Assembly (NCBI GenBank): GCA_964016885.1
Contig: OZ024743.1
Span: 364,684,001 to 364,748,000, forward strand
Origin: Eledone cirrhosa
Taxonomy: Eukaryota
Reading direction: 5' to 3'
DNA length: 64,000 bases
Part shown: in pieces, positions 40,773-53,639 of the stretch
How positions within the stretch are numbered: the first letter of the stretch is position 1
Layout: each line of letters starts with the position of its first letter
Program-made: the position numbers and the translations under genes
The notes under the pieces: generated by a model
Database searches by the model: none
Told to the model about the DNA's origin: nothing
The model's input: the letters and a program-made list of their open reading frames with translations, nothing else

Positions 40773-41270
40773 ATTTTACTCTTGATTGGCCAGAGGTGCT
40801 TATTTCCAGGTACCTTATAAATTTGACTTTCCGTATTTATTACTGTTGTGAGATATTGTGGTTTTTATTGGTTGTAACTTCTCTGTTTTTTAGCCTAAGA
40901 AAATATATATATGCCTATGTATATAATTACATGCATAGATTTATTTTTTTAAATTAATTGAGTTCTTTACACGAGGAATTGATATTAGTTTTGAAATAAC
41001 TAATTAACCCGCGTGTGTTTTATATTTTACTCTTAATTCGGCCGGAGATTTACATTCCCATTTGCCCTTTAAAGCATAACTTTCCGTATTTACTACGGTT
41101 ACGAGATGCGGTTTCTTATTCAGGTACAACCTCTGATTTTAGCCTAAGAAAATATCTATATGCGTGTGTAATTTATACACGCATATATTTATTTTTTTAA
41201 TTTCAATTGAGTTCTTAACACGTTGGATTGATAATGTTTTCGAAAAAACTGATTAACCCGCGTGTATATT
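40773..41270. repeat. Diverged tandem dimer, period about 251 bp
   Basis: ATTTTACTCTT, TTAGCCTAAGAAAATAT and ATTAACCCGCGTGT each occur twice. Confidence 0.8.
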
Positions 41271-41819
41271 ATTTTTTTTCCTCCTTTCGTGGATCGTAGT
41301 TGTCTCCCCTTCCCGCTTAGTGACGCTATAATACTTCCTCAGTCAAAAACTGCTGGAATTTCAAATTTGCCGGTCATTCGATGCGGGAAGGAGCAACTTA
41401 ACAGACACGATTTTTAACTGCGGTAAGAATTTTTTTCTTATATCAAAGTTTAATGGGCTTCCACTGATGATTTATAAGCACCCACCTAAATATATTCTTA
41501 CATGAATGTATATTAGGCTTCTACATAAACTGGAAATATTCTCCGAATTTGTAGAAAACTTATAATGAAACAATTGTATGGAAAGAAAGATATATTTTAA
41601 CTTTAATTATATCTCATAAAATAATACAACTGGCTTTTCCACATAATACATATTGTTAGCACCCCAAACACTTAAATTGGGTTTGTATTAAAATATAACC
41701 TAATGTTTGTTGAGTGAGATGGTTAGCAGTCAGAGATTAGCTTTAAACTATCTCTGTTATTGTATTAATTATTATATATTGATATATATATATATTGATA
41801 TATATATATATATATATAT

Positions 41820-41933
<114 letters not shown>

Positions 41934-41945
41934 ATATATATATAT

Positions 41946-42009
<64 letters not shown>

Positions 42010-42618
42010 GGACTCAGAATTATTATCTCGTACAAGTTCACTTTGCTGCACTGGGTCGTTGCTGGCCCGGGATGGAAACCTTTATTGTTTATTTCGTGGT
42101 AGTCTCTTTAGTATTTTGGCCCCTTTTGTTGACCCGTCACCGTATCATTTACGTACTTATACCTCTTAAAAGGGTCCTTGCCTTATCCTTCCCACCTAGT
42201 TCTCTTACTTATTTCCTTATTTATTTATTTATTTATTTATTTACTTCTTTCTTTCTTTCTTTCTTTATTTTATTCTAGCCTAACAATAGCCTGACACCTA
42301 GGTCGTAGAATTTAATTTACTTTACTTTTTTCTTTACACTTATTTGCTTTTCTTCACTCTCAGTATTTTTTCTTTCCTATTTCTACCCCCCATTGTTCTA
42401 CCTACCGTTCCGACTTCCTCCCCCTCCCCCTCCCCCTCCCCTGTATCTTCTTTGACCTCATGCCCAGCTGTAGCTGGCACTACCAACGCTTGATTGGGTC
42501 TACTCCACCCCCTCCCCTCTTTCTCCTACTGGCAGGTTTAGCCACCATCTCCCCTACTAATTTGCAACCACAGAATTACTACTGATTTTTGACAATCACT
42601 TTGACCATATATGGAATT

Positions 42619-42712
42619 ACCCCTTGAGAAGATCGGCTATTTAAATACCAGGATAAATTTTCGTTTAGTTCAGAATTAGCCGTCGAAACGGCTTGAGCTC
42701 AGCTGTCGGGGT
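42619..42712 (+). ncRNA. Type-I hammerhead with U3-A8 core variant
   Basis: ACCCC-TTGAGAA-GATCGGCTA...TAGCCGTC-GAAA-CGGCT(TGAGCTC)AGCTG-TC-GGGGT. 3' halves recur at 48953, 58915 and (minus strand, diverged) about 24177-24216. Confidence 0.8.
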
Positions 42713-42803
42713 CTTACTGGTTCCTATTACCCACTCTACTACTTCAAGTATTGAGTACTTTGGTGCGTTATGGTCCACCTGGTTCCTTACCACATTTCCT
42801 TCG

Positions 42804-42885
<82 letters not shown>

Positions 42886-42904
42886 ATATATATATATATA
42901 TATA

Positions 42905-45900
42905 TATAAAAACAAATAACGAAACGAAATTAAATTTCGCTTCGTTTGTAACTCACTTTTGTATGACTGACGCTTAAACAATTAAATTAAAAATGTACAT
43001 CCACATATGTATACTGAAATACTAGTATGCATATGAATACACACACGTGTACATATGTAGATGTACCGAGTTTTTCACTGGACACTTTACTGTGAGTGTC
43101 CAGCTATTCTGTATGTAAACACACAGACAAACCGGTTTTTAGAGTCATACTGGTTTTCGAGGAAACACCTTTCCTCTATTCTCCAGAAAGCCAGACAAGG
43201 AATATTGGACTAGTTTCGATGTTGTTACATCTCATCAGCAATATTTACCTATCTTCCGGCCTTTCTAGAGAATCGTAAAAGCACATATCGTTATATGCTT
43301 TTTCTATGAAAATTAGTAGTGGGCAGACTAATTTGCATAGAGCGTGAGTACGTACCGGTTCAGCGGAGACGATAAAAACAAATAACGAAACGAAATTAAA
43401 TTTCGTTTCGTTTGTAACTCACTTTTGTATGACTGACGCTTAAACAATTAAATTAAAAATGTACATCCACATATGTATACTGAAATACTAGTATGCATAT
43501 GAATACACACACGTGTACATATGTAGATGTACCGAGTTTTTCACTGGACACTTTACTGTGAGTGTCCAGCTATTCTGTATGTAAACACACAGACAAACCG
43601 GTTTTTAGAGTCATACTGGTTTTCGAGGAAACACCTTTCCTCTATTCTCCAGAAAGCCAGACAAGGAATATTGGACTAGTTTCGATGTTGTTACATCTCA
43701 TCAGCAATATTTACCTATCTTCCGGCCTTTCTAGAGAATCGTAAAAGCACATATCGTTATATGCTTTTTCTATGAAAATTAGTAGTGGGCAGACTAATTT
43801 GCATAGAGCGTGAGTACGTACCGGTTCAGCGGAGACGATAAAAACAAATAACGAAACGAAATTAAATTTCGTTTCGTTTGTAACTCACTTTTGTATGACT
43901 GATGCTTAAACAATTAAATTAAAAATGTACATCCACATATGTATACTGAAATACTAGTATGCATATGAATACACACACGTGTACATATGTAGATGTACCG
44001 AGTTTTTCACTGGACACTTTACTGTGAGTGTCCAGCTATTCTGTATGTAAACACACAGACAAACCGGTTTTTAGAGTCATACTGGTTTTCGAGGAAACAC
44101 CTTTCCTCTATTCTCCAGAAAGCCAGACAAGGAATATTGGACTAGTTTCGATGTTGTTACATCTCATCAGCAATATTTACCTATCTTCCGGCCTTTCTAG
44201 AGAATCGTAAAAGCACATATCGTTATATGCTTTTTCTATGAAAATTAGTAGTGGGCAGACTAATTTGCATAGAGCGTGAGTGTACCGGTTCAGCGGAGAC
44301 GATAAAAACAAATAACGAAACGAAATTAAATTTCGTTTCGTTTGTAACTCACTTTTGTATGACTGATGCTTAAACAATTAAATTAAAAATGTACATCCAC
44401 ATATGTATACTGAAATACTAGTATGCATATGAATACACACACGTGTACATATGTAGATGTACCGAGTTTTTCACTGGACACTTTACTGTGAGTGTCCAGC
44501 TATTCTGTATGTAAACACACAGACAAACCGGTTTTTAGAGTCATACTGGTTTTCGAGGAAACACCTTTCCTCTATTCTCCAGAAAGCCAGACAAGGAATA
44601 TTGGACTAGTTTCGATGTTGTTACATCTCATCAGCAATATTTACCTATCTTCCGGCCTTTCTAGAGAATCGTAAAAGCACATATCGTTATATGCTTTTTC
44701 TATGAAAATTAGTAGTGGGCAGACTAATTTGCATAGAGCGTGAGTACGTACCGGTTCAGCGGAGACGATAAAAACAAATAACGAAACGAAATTAAATTTC
44801 GTTTCGTTTGTAACTCACTTTTGTATGACTGACGCTTAAACAATTAAATTAAAAATGTACATCCACATATGTATACTGAAATACTAGTATGCATATGAAT
44901 ACACACACGTGTACATATGTAGATGTACCGAGTTTTTCACTGGACACTTTACTGTGAGTGTCCAGCTATTCTGTATGTAAACACACAGACAAACCGGTTT
45001 TTAGAGTCATACTGGTTTTCGAGGAAACACCTTTCCTCTATTCTCCAGAAAGCCAGACAAGGAATATTGGACTAGTTTCGATGTTGTTACATCTCATCAG
45101 CAATATTTACCTATCTTCCGGCCTTTCTAGAGAATCGTAAAAGCACATATCGTTATATGCTTTTTCTATGAAAATTAGTAGTGGGCAGACTAATTTGCAT
45201 AGAGCGTGAGTGTACCGGTTCAGCGGAGACGATAAAAACAAATAACGAAACGAAATTAAATTTCGCTTCGTTTGTAACTCACTTTTGTATGACTGACGCT
45301 TAAACAATTAAATTAAAAATGTACATCCACATATGTATACTGAAATACTAGTATGCATATGAATACACACACGTGTACATATGTAGATGTACCGAGTTTT
45401 TCACTGGACACTTTACTGTGAGTGTCCAGCTATTCTGTATGTAAACACACAGACAAACCGGTTTTTAGAGTCATACTGGTTTTCGAGGAAACACCTTTCC
45501 TCTATTCTACAGAAAGCCAGACAAGGAATATTGGACTAGTTTCGATGTTGTTACATCTCATCAGCAATATTTACCTATCTTCCGGCCTTTCTAGAGAATC
45601 GTAAAAGCACATATCGTTATATGCTTTTTCTATGAAAATTAGTAGTGGGCAGACTAATTTGCATAGAGCGTGAGTACGTACCGGTTCAGCGGAGACGATA
45701 AAAACAAATAACGAAACGAAATTAAATTTCGTTTCGTTTGTAACTCACTTTTGTATGACTGACGCTTAAACAATTAAATTAAAAATGTACATCCACATAT
45801 GTATACTGAAATACTAGTATGCATATGAATACACACACGTGTACATATGTAGATGTACCGAGTTTTTCACTGGACACTTTACTGTGAGTGTCCAGCTATT

Positions 45901-46781
45901 CTGTATGTAAACACACAGACAAACCGGTTTTTAGAGTCATAATGGTTTTCGAGGAAACACCTTTCCTCTATTCTCCAGAAAGCCAGACAAGGAATATTGG
46001 ACTAGTTTCGATGTTGTTACATCTCATCAGCAATATTTACCTATCTTCCGGCCTTTCTAGAGAATCGTAAAAGCACATATCGTTATATGCTTTTTCTATG
46101 AAAATTAGTAGTGGGCAGACTAATTTGCATAGAGCGTGAGTGTACCGGTTCATCGGAGACGATAAAAACAAATAACGAAACGAAATTAAATTTCGCTTCG
46201 TTTGTAACTCACTTTTGTATGACTGACGCTTAAACAATTAAATTAAAAATGTACATCCACATATGTATACTGAAATACTAGTATGCATATGAATACACAC
46301 ACGTGTACATATGTAGATGTACCGAGTTTTTCACTGGACACTTTACTGTGAGTGTCCAGCTATTCTGTATGTAAACACACAGACAAACCGGTTTTTAGAG
46401 TCATACTGGTTTTCGAGGAAACACCTTTCCTCTATTCTCCAGAAAGCCAGACAAGGAATATTGGACTAGTTTCGATGTTGTTACATCTCATCAGCAATAT
46501 TTACCTATCTTCCGGCCTTTCTAGAGAATCGTAAAAGCACATATCGTTATATGCTTTTTCTATGAAAATTAGTAGTGGGCAGACTAATTTGCATAGAGCG
46601 TGAGTGTACCGGTTCAGCGGAGACGATAAAAACAGATAACGAAACGAAATTAAATTTCGTTTCGTTTGTAACTCACTTTTGTATGACTGATGCTTAAACA
46701 ATTAAATTAAAAATGTACATCCACATATGTATACTGAAATACTAGTATGCATATGAATACACACACGTGTACATATGTAGA
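42905..46781 (-). repeat. 464/466-bp satellite (family A), 8.3 copies, one HHR per full unit
   Basis: Unit starts at 42905, 43371, 43837, 44301, 44767, 45231, 45697, 46161 and 46625. Copies are nearly identical. Confidence 0.97.
43201..43245 (-). ncRNA. Type-I hammerhead ribozyme, family A (also at 43667, 44133, 44597, 45063, 45527, 45993, 46457)
   Basis: AATATTG-CTGATGA-GATGT(AACA)ACATC-GAAA-CTAG-TC-CAATATT. Perfect core, GUC site. Confidence 0.93.
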
Positions 46782-46829
46782 TTCTAGATTCTAGATTCTA
46801 GATTCTCTAGAAAGGCCGGAAGATAGGTA

Positions 46830-46874
46830 AATATTGCTGATGAGATGTAACAACATCGAAACTAGTCCAATATT
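46830..46874 (+). ncRNA. Type-I hammerhead ribozyme, family A (also at 47296, 47760, 48226)
   Basis: Same motif on the plus strand. Confidence 0.93.
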
Positions 46875-47202
46875 CCTTGTCTGGCTTTCTGGAGAATAGA
46901 GGAAAGGTGTTTCCTCGAAAACCAGTATGACTCTAAAAACCGGTTTGTCTGTGTGTTTACATACAGAATAGCTGGACACTCACAGTAAAGTGTCCAGTGA
47001 AAAACTCGGTACATCTACATATGTACACGTGTGTGTATTCATATGCATACTAGTGTTTCAGTATACATATGTGGATGTACATTTTTAATTTAATTGTTTA
47101 AGCGTCAGTCATACAAAAGTGAGTTACAAACGAAACGAAATTTAATTTCGTTTCGTTATTTGTTTTTATCGTCTCCGCTGAACCGGTACGTACTCACGCT
47201 CT

Positions 47203-47250
47203 ATGCAAATTAGTCTGCCCACTACTAATTTTCATAGAAAAAGCATATAA
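47203..47250 (+). promoter_or_regulatory. Putative internal promoter of family A (octamer and TATA-like box), present in each full unit
   Basis: ATGCAAAT at 47203 and TATAA at 47246; HHR core at 47303. Spacing is similar in family B. Confidence 0.5.
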
Positions 47251-48484
47251 CGATATGTGCTTTTACGATTCTCTAGAAAGGCCGGAAGATAGGTAAATAT
47301 TGCTGATGAGATGTAACAACATCGAAACTAGTCCAATATTCCTTGTCTGGCTTTCTGTAGAATAGAGGAAAGGTGTTTCCTCGAAAACCAGTATGACTCT
47401 AAAAACCGGTTTGTCTGTGTGTTTACATACAGAATAGCTGGACACTCACAGTAAAGTGTCCAGTGAAAAACTCGGTACATCTACATATGTACACGTGTGT
47501 GTATTCATATGCATACTAGTATTTCAGTATACATATGTGGATGTACATTTTTAATTTAATTGTTTAAGCGTCAGTCATACAAAAGTGAGTTACAAACGAA
47601 GCGAAATTTAATTTCGTTTCGTTATTTGTTTTTATCGTCTCCGCTGAACCGGTACACTCACGCTCTATGCAAATTAGTCTGCCCACTACTAATTTTCATA
47701 GAAAAAGCATATAACGATATGTGCTTTTACGATTCTCTAGAAAGGCCGGAAGATAGGTAAATATTGCTGATGAGATGTAACAACATCGAAACTAGTCCAA
47801 TATTCCTTGTCTGGCTTTCTGGAGAATAGAGGAAAGGTGTTTCCTCGAAAACCAGTATGACTCTAAAAACCGGTTTGTCTGTGTGTTTACATACAGAATA
47901 GCTGGACACTCACAGTAAAGTGTCCAGTGAAAAACTCGGTACATCTACATATGTACACGTGTGTGTATTCATATGCATACTAGTATTTCAGTATACATAT
48001 GTGGATGTACATTTTTAATTTAATTGTTTAAGCGTCAGTCATACAAAAGTGAGTTACAAACGAAACGAAATTTAATTTCGTTTCGTTATTTGTTTTTATC
48101 GTCTCCGCTGAACCGGTACGTACTCACGCTCTATGCAAATTAGTCTGCCCACTACTAATTTTCATAGAAAAAGCATATAACGATATGTGCTTTTACGATT
48201 CTCTAGAAAGGCCGGAAGATAGGTAAATATTGCTGATGAGATGTAACAACATCGAAACTAGTCCAATATTCCTTGTCTGGCTTTCTGGAGAATAGAGGAA
48301 AGGTGTTTCCTCGAAAACCAGTATGACTCTAAAAACCGGTTTGTCTGTGTGTTTACATACAGAATAGCTGGACACTCACAGTAAAGTGTCCAGTGAAAAA
48401 CTCGGTACATCTACATATGTACACGTGTGTGTATTCATATGCATACTAGTATTTCAGTATACATATGTGGATGTACATTTTTAA

Positions 48485-48537
<53 letters not shown>

Positions 48538-48549
48538 ATATATATATAT

Positions 48550-48692
<143 letters not shown>

Positions 48693-48761
48693 GATATATA
48701 TATATTGATATATATATATATTGATATATATATATATATATATATTGATATATATATATAT

Positions 48762-48891
<130 letters not shown>

Positions 48892-49107
48892 ATATGTATA
48901 TATATCTATATATATATATATTGATATATATATATATATATATATCAATATATAGCCGTCGAAACGGCTTGAGCTCAGCTGTCGGGGTCTTACTGGTTCC
49001 TATTACCCACTCTACTACCTCAAGTATTGAGTACTTTGGTGCGTTTTGGTCCACCTGGTTCCTTACCACATTTCCTTCGTTATATATATATATATATATA
49101 TATATAT

Positions 49108-49174
<67 letters not shown>

Positions 49175-49177
49175 TAT

Positions 49178-49267
<90 letters not shown>

Positions 49268-49402
49268 ATATATATATATATATATATTGATATATATATA
49301 TATAAATATATTGATATATATATATATATATATATATATTGATATATATATATAAATATATTGATATATATATATAAATATATTAATATATATATAAATA
49401 TA

Positions 49403-49487
<85 letters not shown>

Positions 49488-49636
49488 ATATATATATATA
49501 AATATATTGATATATATATATATATATATATATATATTGATATATATATATAAATATATTGATATATATATATATATAAATATATTGACATATATATATA
49601 TATATAAATATATTAATATATATATATATAAATATA

Positions 49637-49674
<38 letters not shown>

Positions 49675-49741
49675 TATTGATATATATATAAATATATTGA
49701 TATATATATATATATAAATATATTGATATATATAAATATAT

Positions 49742-49793
<52 letters not shown>

Positions 49794-49891
49794 ATAATAA
49801 AAAATATATATATATATAGGAATAATAATAAATATATATATATATATCGATATATATTGATATATATATATTGATTTATATATATATATAT

Positions 49892-49969
<78 letters not shown>

Positions 49970-50171
49970 ATATATATATATAAATATATATATATACATT
50001 GTTATACTTTGGGAGGGTCATGTTGACAATAATGATATATATATATATATATATATATATTGTAATAAAATGAAAACGAAATTTCATTTATCACTCTTAG
50101 TACGGCACTTACTTAAATATAAGTATGTATGTATACGTACATACATATATGTATACAGACGTACAGTAGCA

Positions 50172-50234
<63 letters not shown>

Positions 50235-50387
50235 TTGCAGGTACACATACACATATGTACGTATCAGTTTAGCGGACGTTCACTATAGCGCCCGCTTTGT
50301 CCGTTTGTAAACAAACTGACAGCCGGAATTTATGCCGTACGGTGTTAAGGCAACCACGTCACCTTTTTGTTCAACACTGACACAGGA

Positions 50388-50430
50388 ACGATGTACTAGT
50401 TTCAAGCTACTTAGCTATCATCAGCACCGT
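50388..50430 (-). ncRNA. Type-I hammerhead, family B (second copy 51379-51421)
   Basis: ACGGTG-CTGATGA-TAGCT(AAGT)AGCTT-GAAA-CTAG-TA-CATCGT. Confidence 0.85.
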
Positions 50431-50769
50431 ATACCCTTCTGCCAGATGGTTGAACGTTCGAAAGTATATACTTTCCTTATGAAAATTAACGGCTGAGCAG
50501 CCTAATTTGCATATCGGGTGAGTTCAGTCGACTAGGCGCACCGAAAACGATAAGTTGTAATAAAATGAAAACGAAATTTCATTTCTCACTCTTAGTACGG
50601 CACTTACTTAAATGTAAGTAAGTATGTATACGTACATACATATATGTATACAGACGTACAGTAGCATATATATATATATATATATATGTGTGTAAATGAA
50701 GTAATTACGTCGGAAAAGTCCAGGAAAAAAGAGTGCTCTATGTAAGCAACAGAGCTTAATTATTATTAC

Positions 50770-51022
50770 GTAATAAACAACATAAGGCAATTATTCCATT
50801 TACCAGTGGTTTCTTAAAAGCAAAAGGTTTTGCTTTCAATCCTCAGAACGAAAAATCCTGGTTTGTTTATTGAATTTGGATCTTAAAAAAAGATCCAAAT
50901 TTTTTTAAGATCCAAATTCAATAAACAAACCAGGATTTTTTCGTTCTGAGGATTGAAAGCAAAACCTTTTGCTTTTAAGAAACCACTGGTAAATGGAATA
51001 ATTGCCTTATGTTGTTTATTAC
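50770..51022. repeat. Palindrome carrying two divergent hammerheads
   Basis: Arms of about 122 bp around the spacer GATCCAAA. Confidence 0.92.
50941..50996 (+). ncRNA. Type-I hammerhead (mirror copy 50796-50851, minus strand)
   Basis: TCGTT-CTGAGGA-TTGAAAGCAAA(ACCT)TTTGCTTTTAA-GAAA-CCACTGG-TA-AATGG. Confidence 0.85.
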
Positions 51023-51191
51023 ATAGTAGTATATATATATATATAATGTAGGAAGTGAGTTTTATTGTAGTACAATAAAGCAATGCAGATATCGGATAAG
51101 AAGCACTCTACAGTTTGTGGGACTGGAGTATGCATAATATAAGATCAAAATATGGAACTCCTTTAACCATCTTTTGATCTTATATTATATA

Positions 51192-51223
<32 letters not shown>

Positions 51224-51667
51224 CTTGCAGGTACACATACACATATGTACGTATCAGTTTAGCGGACGTTCACTATAGCGCCCGCTTTGTCCGTTTGTAA
51301 ACAAACTGAACAGCCTGAATTTATGCCGTACGGTGTTAAGGCAACCACGTCACCTTTTTGTTCAACACTGACACAGGAACGATTTACTAGTTTCAAGCTT
51401 CTTAGCTATCATCAGCACCGTATACCCTTCTGCCAGATGGTTGAACGTTCGAAAGTATATGAAAATTATATGAAAGTATATGAAAATTAACGGCTGAGCA
51501 GCCTAACTTGCATATCGAGTGAGTTCAGTCGGCCAGGCGCACCGAAAACGATAAGTTGTAATAAAATGAAAACGAAATTTCATTTCTCACTCTTAGTACG
51601 GCACTTACTTAAATGTAAGTATGTATGTATACGTACATACATATATGTATACAGACGTACAGTAGCA

Positions 51668-51724
<57 letters not shown>

Positions 51725-52598
51725 GCAGGTACATCAGGCTCTCATTTTGTTTACAAACGGACAAAGCGGGCGTTATAGTGAACGTCCGCTAAACTGATAC
51801 GTACATATGTGTATGTGTACCTGCATGTATATATATATATATATATGGAAAGTTATATTTAAATTGTTGGGTTACAACTAGTAAATATTTATAACTGATA
51901 TAAAAGCACTCAACAAGTATTTGGAGTATATTTACGATAGGGGTTTGCAGAATTGATCACGTAAATTCACATCGATGTTTGTAGTTATCATATAAACATA
52001 TGAATTTTTAAAACTAAACATAAGATCATTACTTTTCACACATTATGGATACGTGTCTCATTCAGGAATACTGATATTTACATTATAGCGCCTGGTTTTT
52101 ATACGTACTAATACTTCTACATTAAAACATAGGCTTTTTAAATTATGCCTCGCCTATGTCTGGTTACTTTTCATTTTTCTCTCTATATAACGGCTGGTTT
52201 CTTTCCTAACCACATATATCTCCCTTACATTAATACTAGAGCTAAATAAATAAATAAATAAATAAATGTATCATTGATACGTTCCAACTACCTACTTTTC
52301 TCTATATATATCTATCTCTATCTATTTCCTCTCTCTATATATATCTCTCTCTGTTTCTTTACATGAAGTTCTTCTCTTTATCTATCTTTCCATCTCTCTA
52401 TTTTGTTGCATACATTTCTTCTTTTTCTTCTTTTTCTTCGTTTTCCTTCTTTCTTTTCTTTCTTTTCTTTCTTTCCTTCTTTCTCTCTTTCTTTCTTTCT
52501 GTTTACAATTTTTTCACTGCCAAATCAACTTTTTCAAATACAAGTCGATGTTGAACGGTATGTCAAATCTATTTATCTATAAAACTGTCTATATTGTA

Positions 52599-52665
52599 TT
52601 TTGTCTGAGGAAGGCATAACATATTGTTAATATGATATGATATCCCTGAAATATATATAATGAAA
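52599..52665 (+). ncRNA. Hammerhead, family E
   Basis: TTTTGT-CTGAGGA...CCCT-GAAA-TATATA-TA-ATGAAA. Confidence 0.65.
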
Positions 52666-52707
52666 TAAATATGGTTTTATAAATATAGTTTCCATTTATT
52701 TAATATC

Positions 52708-52786
<79 letters not shown>

Positions 52787-52853
52787 TGCTACTATACGTC
52801 TGTATACATATATGTATGTACGTATACATACATACTTACATTTATATATATAT

Positions 52854-52970
<117 letters not shown>

Positions 52971-52997
52971 TATATGTAAATATATATATATATATTG

Positions 52998-53030
<33 letters not shown>

Positions 53031-53031
53031 G

Positions 53032-53089
<58 letters not shown>

Positions 53090-53237
53090 ATATATATAAA
53101 CATATATATATATATATATTGATATATATAAACATATATATATATATGTATATTGATATATATAAATATATATAAATATATATATATTGATATATATATA
53201 TATATATTGATATATATAAATATATATATATATATAT

Positions 53238-53275
<38 letters not shown>

Positions 53276-53297
53276 ATGTATATATATATATATATTG

Positions 53298-53349
<52 letters not shown>

Positions 53350-53639
53350 ATATATATATATATATATATTGATATATATAAATATATATATATATATTGA
53401 TGTATATATATATATATTGATATATATAAATATATATATTGATATATATAAATATATATATATATTGATATATATGTAGATAAATCTACGAAAATAATGT
53501 TTGAATACATCTCTTTTCGTGATATTTGGATTATATTGAGTTCTTCATACGGATTGGACACTACCGTACATTTTGGTAGATTTATCTACATATATATCAA
53601 TATATATATATATATATCAATATATATATATATATATGA

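Larger units (their letters stand above)
46801..48491 (+). repeat. Inverted arm of the family A satellite, about 3.6 copies
   Basis: Reverse complement of the 42.9-46.8 kb units. Confidence 0.97.
50061..51830 (-). mobile_element. Family B HHR cassette (~495-bp unit), interrupted tandem dimer with an inverted end
   Basis: TGTAATAAAATGAAAACG at 50061, 50556 and about 51557. Second body 51222-51670. Inverted piece about 51745-51830. Confidence 0.85.

Noticed and set aside
41464-41480. CTGATGA motif
   Set aside because: No stem II or GAAA partner.
43096-48375. Repeated 60-66 aa ORFs in the satellite
   Set aside because: They have non-ATG starts, are short, show no homology, and the 66-aa one is broken by the 2-bp indel. 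The RNA structure explains the unit better.
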